Sequence record: PV785814.1
Strand: one strand, 5' to 3'
Length of the DNA: 64,000 nucleotides
Shown: in pieces, positions 1-7,331 of the stretch
Numbering within the stretch: the first letter of the stretch is position 1
Layout of the letters: each line of letters starts with the position of its first letter
Translations under genes and position numbers: made by a program
Notes under the pieces: generated by a model
Databases searched by the model: none
What the model was told of the DNA's origin: nothing
What the model saw: only the letters and a program-made list of their open reading frames with translations

Positions 1-90
1 TCTTCAATGTCCAAGGCAAATAGGACTATGAATACTAGTGCGAGAAGATAGACAATCAAATTGCTCACCTCGCTTTGTTAGTGAGAGTAC
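1..90 (-). ncRNA. Putative structured RNA: H-type pseudoknot plus hairpin, probably truncated at the window edge
   Basis: Minus strand CUCAC(L1)GCGAG-GUGAG(L3 with CAAU/AUUG hairpin)CUCGC, followed by a UUCA/GUCC...GGAC/UGAA hairpin; no ORF here. Confidence 0.45.
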
Positions 91-92
91 AT

Positions 93-215
93 TGGTCGAG
101 TGTAACAGAATCGAACTGTTCCCACGATCTCCCTATGATATGCGTAAATTGGTTGCTGAATATAATCATGTCTGATTACAGTATGCTACGTGTGCTGCCA
201 CTACACCAACACTCG
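93..215 (-). ncRNA. tRNA-like stable RNA (123 nt): acceptor stem, D arm, T arm and encoded CCA, anticodon arm replaced by an insert
   Basis: CGAGUGU/ACACUCG acceptor stem + A + CCA; D stem GUGU/GCAC with AGUGGCA loop; T arm AACAG-UUCGAUU-CUGUU; enclosed by a 21-bp perfect inverted repeat (83-103/209-229). Confidence 0.75.
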
Positions 216-230
216 ACCAATGTACTCTCG

Positions 231-380
231 ATATTTTAAATGTGCGCTACTTGCACGCCGACTGAGCGAATTTTAACTCAGCTAGTTTTGTTCGTGAGTT
301 AGTCCGCTAAGACTTCTCGCTGCTCGGCAGAACTTAACTGCCCCTATGTATTCATTGCGGCTAGCGCACATTTAAAATAT
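231..380 (-). ncRNA. Putative multi-hairpin RNA closed by a 19-bp perfect duplex
   Basis: Inverted repeat atattttaaatgtgcgcta (231-249)/tagcgcacatttaaaatat (362-380); internal hairpins GGCAG/CUGCC, UUAG-CGGA-CUAA, CUGAG/CUCAG. Confidence 0.6.
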
Positions 381-381
381 T

Positions 382-487
382 ACTCATCTTCAGCAAAGAG
401 ACAGAAACGATGAGTCTAGTCTGTTTAATCAAGTTGTTCATCTTCAATGAAGAGGCGAGAACGATGAACTCTAGCTCGCTTAATCAA
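382..487 (-). repeat. Two tandem 54-55 nt units, each folding into the same H-type pseudoknot
   Basis: Units share UUGAUUAA leader, CUAG loop, GUU linker; stems covary (ACAGA/UCUGU vs GCGAG/CUCGC; ACUCAUC/GAUGAGU vs GUUCAUC/GAUGAAC). Confidence 0.75.
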
Positions 488-495
488 CTGTGTTA

Positions 496-523
496 ATCTT
501 ATCAGCTTTTCAGCGAAAGTCAA
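496..523 (-). promoter_or_regulatory. Sigma70-type promoter P2 of the ncRNA array
   Basis: TTGACT-16 nt-TAAGAT on minus strand with upstream A-tract. Confidence 0.6.
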
Positions 524-588
524 CATCTTTTTTCAAGTATTTCATCGAGTTAAGATTTTGTTTTCTGTCTCTCGACTCGATGAAATAC

Positions 589-616
589 ATTCTACATCCT
601 TTTCAGATGAAGTCAA
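589..616 (-). promoter_or_regulatory. Sigma70-type promoter P1 of the ncRNA array
   Basis: TTGACT-16 nt-TAGAAT on minus strand; spacer similar to P2; 14-bp inverted repeat (537-550/575-588) lies between P1 and P2. Confidence 0.6.
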
Positions 617-633
617 CAACTTTTTTAAAGTTT

Positions 634-888
634 TTAAGCGGAGATGATAATACCGCTTTCAGTCTCGCCTCGTTCAAGCGCAGCGTGCTTGATTTGAAGT
701 TGCGAAACTGCTTGCTGAAGTTCAAGAATAGCTTTGTCGTAAAGTTTGTTGTTCTCTTTAAGCAAAGTAATCTGATCGGTCTGCAAACCAACTACGTACG
801 TCAATAGAACGACGTTTTCATCAGAGTTCAGTGATTCAGGGTCTTCTTGATACTTTCGCAGCACTGCTTCAGTAGATAAGTCAGTCAT
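634..888 (-). CDS. Hypothetical coiled-coil protein
   Basis: ORF overlapping the 57B stop; ATG at 888; heptad-like C-terminal half. Confidence 0.6.
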   Translation of the reverse strand: MTDLSTEAVLRKYQEDPESLNSDENVVLLTYVVGLQTDQITLLKENNKLYDKAILELQQAVSQLQIKHAALERGETESGIIISA

Positions 889-1336
889 TATTTTCAACCC
901 AATCTAGGTCTAGTGGTTCGAGATATTCATTAACAAGACGAACTTCAGTGTTAACGGACATCGGTGTGATAGCGTCGTCATACGATAACGTGACGTGCGG
1001 TTGATAGTCAGGGTAGTCGTGAGTACCACCGATAGAGATAAGGTCTTCGTGACGCGCTACAAGAGCAGGACATGACATCTTAGCAACGACAGCGTGCTTA
1101 CCGTCTTGCGTTTTCCAACAGTCAATTTGTTCGACAGTGGCAACGAAAGTGGTATCTACTACAGGCACATCAATTTGCTTACGACTATAAAGCACAGTCA
1201 CGTGAAATTTATCTGGATCTAACGGATTTTTTAAACGAAGCGTTTGTTGCAATCGAACAAGTTCTTGCTTACTCGCTTCGTCTAATCTGATACCAACGTA
1301 AGTTCCCTGACTCTCAAGGAACTTAGATAGTTTCAT
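881..1336 (-). CDS. 57B: gp57B / Acb1 anti-CBASS 2H phosphoesterase
   Basis: Two HxT motifs (FHVT, PHVT); WKTQDG, HDYPDYQPHVTLSY and EPLDLDW match T4 gp57B; position next to 57A. Confidence 0.92.
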   Translation of the reverse strand: MKLSKFLESQGTYVGIRLDEASKQELVRLQQTLRLKNPLDPDKFHVTVLYSRKQIDVPVVDTTFVATVEQIDCWKTQDGKHAVVAKMSCPALVARHEDLISIGGTHDYPDYQPHVTLSYDDAITPMSVNTEVRLVNEYLEPLDLDWVENND

Positions 1337-1599
1337 TATTCAGCTTCTTCTTCTACAGCTTCGACCTCAACAGGTCGTTCAGCTTTGCCAGTTAGGTAAG
1401 CGATTTCGTCAACGTAGTTCTGAAGAGAACTTGCTTTTTCTTGATCGAAATCTAGTAGTTGCGCTAGTACACCTACGAATTGACCGAATGAGTTACGTTC
1501 AGCTTGAAGAGCTTCTTGTAGGTCAAAGGTACGAACTTTAAGATCTTTGATTACTGCTTCTTTCTGCTCGATTACTTGTTCTGGAGTTTGTTGTGACAT
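1336..1599 (-). CDS. 57A: gp57A tail fibre assembly chaperone
   Basis: Short acidic coiled-coil, MSQQT...LKVRTFDLQ resembles T4 57A; synteny 1-57A-57B. Confidence 0.8.
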   Translation of the reverse strand: MSQQTPEQVIEQKEAVIKDLKVRTFDLQEALQAERNSFGQFVGVLAQLLDFDQEKASSLQNYVDEIAYLTGKAERPVEVEAVEEEAE

Positions 1600-1608
1600 T
1601 TCTTCACC

Positions 1609-2247
1609 TTAAAATAAATTGTTGATTTTTTCATGCAGTTCTTCAAGAGAACCGTTATTGTCTATTTGAATTGCGTCGCTAATATGACCCAACTCAGTAT
1701 CGCTAATGTGATTAGATGCAAGCGAACCGTTTCTGGTTACTTGAAGCATCGTGCCACCAAGCTCTTGTACTAAATGCAATTCGTTTTCAAAACGAACATC
1801 CGTTATTATAAACACCAATTCGGGATTGTTAAACACTAGCTCATTGTATTTATTGCGTGCATAATTGATCCAGTGCTGATCATCAAGCGAACGAGCAACA
1901 TCAGTGCCAGTCATTTGTAGTAAGTCACGGATGCTGAAAAGTGTCGTGTGAGGCAGCAGAGAGTAGTAGACATAATCATAATCAGCGTCTACGTTTGCAT
2001 ATTCACAGCAGGTTAATACAAGTTCTACAGCTTCATCGAAAGTGAATGTCGGGATTTCTCTATCAAAGTCATTCTGCCCGTCGATGTCTGCGTACTCATA
2101 GCCGTATTCTTTTAGTCCAATGTACAATCCCTCTTTAATCGGGTCTGCAAATTTGTAAACATAAGCATTATCACTATGAGATTCTTTCAGGATGTCAGCG
2201 ACTGTATCTTTGCCAGATCGCTTCTGCCCATTGATTCCTATTATCAT
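1609..2247 (-). CDS. 1: gp1 deoxynucleoside monophosphate kinase
   Basis: IIGINGQKRSGKDT P-loop, FADPIK, RDLLQMTGTD, ITDVRFENE motifs. Confidence 0.93.
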   Translation of the reverse strand: MIIGINGQKRSGKDTVADILKESHSDNAYVYKFADPIKEGLYIGLKEYGYEYADIDGQNDFDREIPTFTFDEAVELVLTCCEYANVDADYDYVYYSLLPHTTLFSIRDLLQMTGTDVARSLDDQHWINYARNKYNELVFNNPELVFIITDVRFENELHLVQELGGTMLQVTRNGSLASNHISDTELGHISDAIQIDNNGSLEELHEKINNLF

Positions 2248-2282
2248 AATGAGTTACCAGTCAATAGTTGTTTCGTATCTCG

Positions 2283-2467
2283 ATTATACGATGAAAATGG
2301 CGTATTCTAAACAAGTGGGGATTACACTAGTTTCTCTAATTTTTCTAATATCTCTAAGTTCACTAAAACTACTAATACTACTAAGATGAGACGGAATTTT
2401 TCCGCCTCAGATCCAATCCTGCCGCTTCGCTCTAGATTCAGATACAAAAAAAGCCCCGAAGGGGCTT
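2283..2467 (-). repeat. Dispersed element copy 1: terminator + GCTTCGC + CGGAA-TTT-TTCCG palindrome + 9-bp CTAA iterons + promoter
   Basis: CTAG/CTAA at 2327, 2336, 2345, 2354, 2363, 2372, 2381; promoter TTTAGA(2306-2311)-17-TATAAT(2283-2288) toward gene 1; terminator hairpin 2452-2467. Confidence 0.8.
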
Positions 2468-2470
2468 AAT

Positions 2471-3001
2471 TTAGGTGATGGGTGTGATTGTTACTTCTTT
2501 GCCATCTACTTTATGAACCATTTCAAAGTAAGCGTATTCAAACTCAACATCACATGTAACTGTTTCAACGTCACCTGATTCTGTGTAGTTCCATTCGATT
2601 GCACTTAATGACTTTGGGAACGCATTGATAAAGCGATACGTAGCAACAGTCTTTTCTTTGTTATTGTCTAGAACATGTAGCAATAGAGTTACTGGAACTT
2701 TACCATCACTGTTACTGGGACCAATAGGGTTATTCATGGTGATTAACCACTTGTATAACTCAGCGTAAGTCCTCATTTCTTCATCGACTAGAAACTGAAT
2801 TGATAAGTCATCGTACGAAGTGCCTGAACCTGCTATGTTGTTGTTAGCTAGTTTGGCGTACTTTGAACCACGACTTATACTTGCAATTTCCATATTAACA
2901 CCCGGGATAGTGGCAGTTTGAATCTGCCACTGAAACGTTTCCGTTGCCCCGTTGTCTGGTATGTCGATTCGGAAGTTATTCTTCATCGTCAAGTTTTTCA
3001 T
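2471..3001 (-). CDS. 3: gp3 tail tube terminator
   Basis: NNFRIDIPD...FQWQIQTATIPGV, YDDLSIQFLVDEEMRTYAELYKWL, F-x-NAFP motifs. Confidence 0.88.
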   Translation of the reverse strand: MKNLTMKNNFRIDIPDNGATETFQWQIQTATIPGVNMEIASISRGSKYAKLANNNIAGSGTSYDDLSIQFLVDEEMRTYAELYKWLITMNNPIGPSNSDGKVPVTLLLHVLDNNKEKTVATYRFINAFPKSLSAIEWNYTESGDVETVTCDVEFEYAYFEMVHKVDGKEVTITPIT

Positions 3002-4959
3002 TAGTTGAACGTACCTCTTGTAGTTGGCATCTTAGCTTCGCCACCTGTAGTTAATGGTCTGGTGAAGTTCGTTGTATTCTGAACTGTGCTTACAGCGTTG
3101 TTAACAAAGTTCGAACCGACTTCTTTCGATTGCTGTGCTGCTCTGAATGCTGCTTCACGCGCTGCGACTGCTTCTAAGATTACTGAACGCTTGATCTCTT
3201 GGAATGGCTTGATAATCCCTTCGTCGATCATACGTTGTCTCTCAGCAGCAACAATGGCGTCTTCTTCCATTTGCTTCTTCTCAACTTCAGCAGCTAAGAA
3301 TCTGTCAAGTGTTTCGGCAGATGATGCAAGACGTTTAGCTGGATCTTTAACTGCATCCATCACACCCTTAGCACCGTCTACAACGCTCTGTGCTGCGTTC
3401 TTAGCACCGTCTGCGATTGCATCCCCAGCTTTCCCTAGGTAGTTAGTTTGATAGCGTTCAGTCAGTCTAGCGTTAACTTCTGACTTGTCGGCATCTAGCT
3501 TCCCTCGTTCAGCCGATAGCTTGTCTTTGCCTAGCATTTCTGGTCTATCAACACCTGGGATCCAGTCGATAATGCTACCAGCCATTTCTTTGATGTTTAA
3601 CATCAAGTTCTGAATTGATAACATAAGCAATCTGAACGAGTCAGGGATAGACAAGAAACTTGCAATCACGCTGTTAATCGCGTTCACGTACATATTGAAT
3701 GCTTTCTGAACAAACGAAGTTAGCTTCTGGAAGCCAGCAACTACGCCTTCGACTGCACCTTCAGGTATTGCTTCTTCAATACTCTCACCGACACCACCAA
3801 ACCAGTTCGAAATGCTCTGAATTACGCCATTAAACCAGTTCGAGACCATTGCAAACAATGCGGCTCGTTTTTCAGGGTCTGAGAATATGCTTTTCAGTGC
3901 TACGAAAATTCGGTCAATTTCTTCTTCGAATAGCTTGTAAATACCATAACCTGCAAGCATACCAATCAACGCAACTGGGTTTAGCATAATGCCAATCATT
4001 CGACCTAGACCTAAGAACAGTCTTTTCACGACGAACATCATCCAGCCTTTAACAGTACCTGACATGTCAGTTGCTAGAGCTTGAATTATGTTACCCGTCC
4101 CTTTACCGAATTTACCAAATCCGAGCAAGATCGTTGATGCTATACGTCCTAGTGCGCCGAATTTTGATGCTGCCATAGAAGCATTGGCTAACGATGTTGA
4201 TAGAAGTATTGCTTGTCCGCCTAAGAATCCCACAAATGCACCAAACAGTTTGAATACTTTAGCAATCCACCCTAGTTTCTGACCGATCAGGTGTGTGGCA
4301 ATTCGCTTCAAGTCTTTTGCTTGGTTTCGTTGAACTTTCATGTTCTCTTTGTAACGATGAAGTTCAGTTTTTCGATTTCGAGTTTCGGTTACTACTTGAT
4401 ACGCAAATATCTTCTTGTACAACGCGCTTATAAAGCCCACAGTAAGCGGTGAGTTATTACCCGCACCATTCGTCAAGAAACTATTCAAATCATCAGCAGC
4501 CGTCTTCTGAAGCCCGATAACGCGCTTCATGTCGTTGACTCTGAAAATCAGACGTTCAAACCAACGAGTAAACCCCTCCTGCATACGTGCGAACTGCATT
4601 TTTGCAGTCAAGTGCATTTCTTGAATGCCACGGTTGATTCTATTCAGATGTCCTTTAAAGTCTAACGTCGTTTTGATAACATCAGTAAGTGATATAATCG
4701 CAGCACGAACTTTATTAGATGTCTGATCAAAGTTTTCAATAACACGCTGAAACAGACCTTTTTGCTGTGCTACTGCTTTTTCATTTGTTTTAAACACCGA
4801 CTGCATAGTTTCGAGCATCGACGTGGTTGTAATATCAATGTTACTGATATGACGAGCCACGCGCTGCATCGTATAAACTTCAGGTCGGTCTTCTTGTTGA
4901 AGAATGATATGGTCTAATCTTCCGATTATCTCATTCATCTTCTTGTCGTCAGCCGCCAT
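3001..4959 (-). CDS. 29: gp29-like baseplate hub / tape measure protein
   Basis: 652 aa, helical and Ala/Gly-rich with hydrophobic stretches; directly downstream of 26/51. Confidence 0.7.
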   Translation of the reverse strand: MAADDKKMNEIIGRLDHIILQQEDRPEVYTMQRVARHISNIDITTTSMLETMQSVFKTNEKAVAQQKGLFQRVIENFDQTSNKVRAAIISLTDVIKTTLDFKGHLNRINRGIQEMHLTAKMQFARMQEGFTRWFERLIFRVNDMKRVIGLQKTAADDLNSFLTNGAGNNSPLTVGFISALYKKIFAYQVVTETRNRKTELHRYKENMKVQRNQAKDLKRIATHLIGQKLGWIAKVFKLFGAFVGFLGGQAILLSTSLANASMAASKFGALGRIASTILLGFGKFGKGTGNIIQALATDMSGTVKGWMMFVVKRLFLGLGRMIGIMLNPVALIGMLAGYGIYKLFEEEIDRIFVALKSIFSDPEKRAALFAMVSNWFNGVIQSISNWFGGVGESIEEAIPEGAVEGVVAGFQKLTSFVQKAFNMYVNAINSVIASFLSIPDSFRLLMLSIQNLMLNIKEMAGSIIDWIPGVDRPEMLGKDKLSAERGKLDADKSEVNARLTERYQTNYLGKAGDAIADGAKNAAQSVVDGAKGVMDAVKDPAKRLASSAETLDRFLAAEVEKKQMEEDAIVAAERQRMIDEGIIKPFQEIKRSVILEAVAAREAAFRAAQQSKEVGSNFVNNAVSTVQNTTNFTRPLTTGGEAKMPTTRGTFN

Positions 4960-5126
4960 TATTGTTGTTCCTTATTCTTTTCTTGGATGTAATGTATAAG
5001 CTGTGCGGCATAGATTTCACGCTCGAATAGAACCATTGTTTCTAAATCGTGAAGAGAGAAATTGCCATGAGTGATCATGGCAAAGTTTTCTTTGTAATAC
5101 TCTTCAAGTGAGTATCTACCGAGCAT
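4959..5126 (-). CDS. 51: gp51-like hub assembly protein (55 aa; possibly also the C-terminus of a gp26 frameshift product)
   Basis: SLEEYYKENF..HGNFSLHDLETMVLFEREIY motif; ATG overlaps gp26 stop (TAATG). Confidence 0.75.
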   Translation of the reverse strand: MLGRYSLEEYYKENFAMITHGNFSLHDLETMVLFEREIYAAQLIHYIQEKNKEQQ

Positions 5127-5974
5127 TATACGAAAAAATCTTCGATGCCTCGTAGGGTTACTTTCTCGTGGTTGCCACACTTCGGACATTTAACGTCAAT
5201 GTGTGATGTCACACGTGGTACAGAATCAACAAACGTTTGTACTTTCTTGAATGCTGCCGTGTCAAGTTCGCCCATGATGTTGACTAGCTGATTCTGGGCT
5301 TCTAGTTCTTCTTTGGTGTATACAGTATCACCAACGTGAACTTCTTTGATCGCAGCAACTGCAATGTTGAACAACCCTTGTGGTGTATTTGGGTCGTTGT
5401 TCTCGTACACGCGAATAGTTGGGTGTTGCAACTTAATCACAACGCGAGGGTTGACTTTAACAAAGTCTTCGCCTTTATATTCTGGTACGAATGCAGATTT
5501 CAAGTCGATGTTTGTTGTAATTCGTTCACCACACAGATGTTTTTCTGGTGCAAATACAGATTCGATTGCTTCTTCGTCTGATTGATTCATGATCTCAGCG
5601 AAGATGTCATCGGCAGATTTTTCAAGCTCTGCTTCTTCCTCTTGAGAAAGTTTCTGAAGCTCTTCTTCTGGCTTATCTGCACAGCAGTTGTATTCAGCTT
5701 GAATGCTAGTTACACCATTGCTGTTCATGTACATGTGCAAGAACAGATATTCAGCATCACCAACAGTCAGTTCGTCCATGTTGATGTCAGAAACAATACA
5801 GTTTTCAAGACATTGTTCGATTGCGTCTATCTTTTCATCGGATTCATTTGCGATTAGCAATGCCTTGTGTTCTTTTGCAAGCATTGCACGCAGTTTAATT
5901 TCTTCACCAGTTGATGGTAATTTTACAGTATATTGTGGCGCAGCTAGTACGCTAATATCAAATGTTTTGGTCAT
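5126..5974 (-). CDS. 26: gp26 baseplate hub assembly protein
   Basis: PQYTVKLPSTGEEIKLRAMLAKEHK; LTVGDAEYLFL; C-terminal CPKC...LRGIEDFF. Confidence 0.85.
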   Translation of the reverse strand: MTKTFDISVLAAPQYTVKLPSTGEEIKLRAMLAKEHKALLIANESDEKIDAIEQCLENCIVSDINMDELTVGDAEYLFLHMYMNSNGVTSIQAEYNCCADKPEEELQKLSQEEEAELEKSADDIFAEIMNQSDEEAIESVFAPEKHLCGERITTNIDLKSAFVPEYKGEDFVKVNPRVVIKLQHPTIRVYENNDPNTPQGLFNIAVAAIKEVHVGDTVYTKEELEAQNQLVNIMGELDTAAFKKVQTFVDSVPRVTSHIDVKCPKCGNHEKVTLRGIEDFFV

Positions 5975-5984
5975 GATGTTTACC

Positions 5985-6731
5985 TTAGAATAGACCTGAA
6001 ATCAATTCAGTGCCTGTATTGAAAAAGCTGTTATATGTTTTCTCGAATTTCTGAGTAATACCCAAAGCATCCGAGACTGTGCTTGATAAATCTTCAGTCA
6101 TATATGATGCACTTTCATACACAAATTCAACTTCAAATTCAGCGACCGCGTTGTTGTTTTCGTAACCTAATTGAACCCCACCAACACGAATCGGAAACGC
6201 ATTTTTAAGACTGGTCATTGTTACCATGTCAGCGTTTCGGTCGTACGTGTAGATCTCGATTGTACGAGCATAGTTAGAGAAGAATCCGACTTGTGCTGAA
6301 TCATTCGCGTAGATCTGTTTAAACCAACCTAGAAGCATCTTACGCTCTGGGTGAGTTGGTGACAAATACAACGACATTGTAACCGTCTCATCGGTCTTTG
6401 CTTTGACTACGTGATGCGGTCTGCGACGTGTCTTATCAACGTCTGTTTCGTACGACGAACCTGGGATGTTGACTGATTTAACCATCATCCCTATATTTCG
6501 TTCAAACTCAAACCCAGATCCGAATAGCGAAGCAGTTGAAGCAAGGGCATCTTGCACACCGACACCCTTAATGTCACTGAAATCGGCGTTCAAGAATGAT
6601 TCGCCGGTATTCATGACTTGCTTTGCTGTATCTTGCAGCGATGCAAATCGCACCGCATACAAGTTTTGTCTTGCTAAGTCGTTCTTCGTGATGTGAGATA
6701 AGAACTTCTTAACATCTATTCCGATTGCCAT
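5985..6731 (-). CDS. 54: gp54 baseplate tail tube initiator
   Basis: DLARQNLYAVRF start; gp19-like tube fold motifs (LKNAFPIRVG, AEFEVEF). Confidence 0.82.
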   Translation of the reverse strand: MAIGIDVKKFLSHITKNDLARQNLYAVRFASLQDTAKQVMNTGESFLNADFSDIKGVGVQDALASTASLFGSGFEFERNIGMMVKSVNIPGSSYETDVDKTRRRPHHVVKAKTDETVTMSLYLSPTHPERKMLLGWFKQIYANDSAQVGFFSNYARTIEIYTYDRNADMVTMTSLKNAFPIRVGGVQLGYENNNAVAEFEVEFVYESASYMTEDLSSTVSDALGITQKFEKTYNSFFNTGTELISGLF

Positions 6732-6734
6732 TCG

Positions 6735-7331
6735 TTATCTCCTTCTATAACGATCATCGTACGCACGAACAGCAGAAATGTTGCGACCATTTTTGGCAAC
6801 GAATTGTTGCAATGGCATGTGAATAACGTTGTACCAGTCATGTGGTTTAACTTCTTCAAGCGAACCTTTGATGCGCTTTAGAATGTACAATTTCACCATA
6901 TGTTTACTGAATTTAATGTTTTTCACTCGACCCCAGTCAATCATAAGCTTCGTGGAGTTGCTAACTGTTTTCGTGTTTGCGAATCTTAGTAATGTAGTTA
7001 AAAATTTCTCGCGATCTTTGGGCGGGATGTAATGCAAGTTCAAACCAAGCATATATCCCTTTTGTTGCCCCAAGCATATGATACATGGGAACTTATCCCA
7101 ATACGGTAACTGGTGCTTAGTCTTTGCGTCGTACGCGAAAACATACATGTTGCCTTTATGCGGAACTTGCACTTTTCGACTACGAATTGCGTCATGAACT
7201 CGCTTTTTAAACCACGCTAGTGATTTTCGCTGATTCTTTGCAATTGGAGTACGACCAAGCTCATGAGTTTGAGCTTGAAAGCTGGCAAGAAGACTCTCTT
7301 TTTTCTTCGGTGATCTATCTGTTCTAGCCAT
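6735..7331 (-). CDS. 2: gp2 DNA end protector protein
   Basis: YDAKTKHQLPYWDKFP, GLNLHYIPPK, VKLYI motifs. Confidence 0.92.
   Translation of the reverse strand: MARTDRSPKKKESLLASFQAQTHELGRTPIAKNQRKSLAWFKKRVHDAIRSRKVQVPHKGNMYVFAYDAKTKHQLPYWDKFPCIICLGQQKGYMLGLNLHYIPPKDREKFLTTLLRFANTKTVSNSTKLMIDWGRVKNIKFSKHMVKLYILKRIKGSLEEVKPHDWYNVIHMPLQQFVAKNGRNISAVRAYDDRYRRR

Noticed and set aside
93-215. Canonical tRNA or tmRNA
   Set aside because: No 5-bp anticodon stem with a 7-nt loop; no G3:U70 alanine identity or tag ORF
325-343. GGCAG/CTGCC hairpin as a type I-F CRISPR repeat mimic (Racr)
   Set aside because: Stem order is GGCAG-loop-CTGCC on both strands, the reverse of the I-F repeat, and the GTTCA/TAAGAAA flanks are absent
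382-487. Hammerhead or HDV/theta ribozyme; CRISPR array
   Set aside because: No CUGAUGA core in the right order, no P3/P1.1/J4-2 elements, and the units are contiguous without unique spacers
490-807. ORFs 490..807(+) and 603..791(-)
   Set aside because: They overlap the tandem promoters and the 634-888 gene, lack an RBS and show no recognisable motif
2192-2389. ORFs across the iteron elements (2192..2389, 28137..28517, 28233..28433, 56287..56496)
   Set aside because: Artefacts of 9-bp (3-codon) periodic repeats; low-complexity translations occurring in both orientations
4959-5189. 76-aa version of gp51 starting at 5189
   Set aside because: The upstream part overlaps the gp26 coding frame with no RBS; the TAATG-coupled ATG at 5126 or a frameshift explains the open frame better
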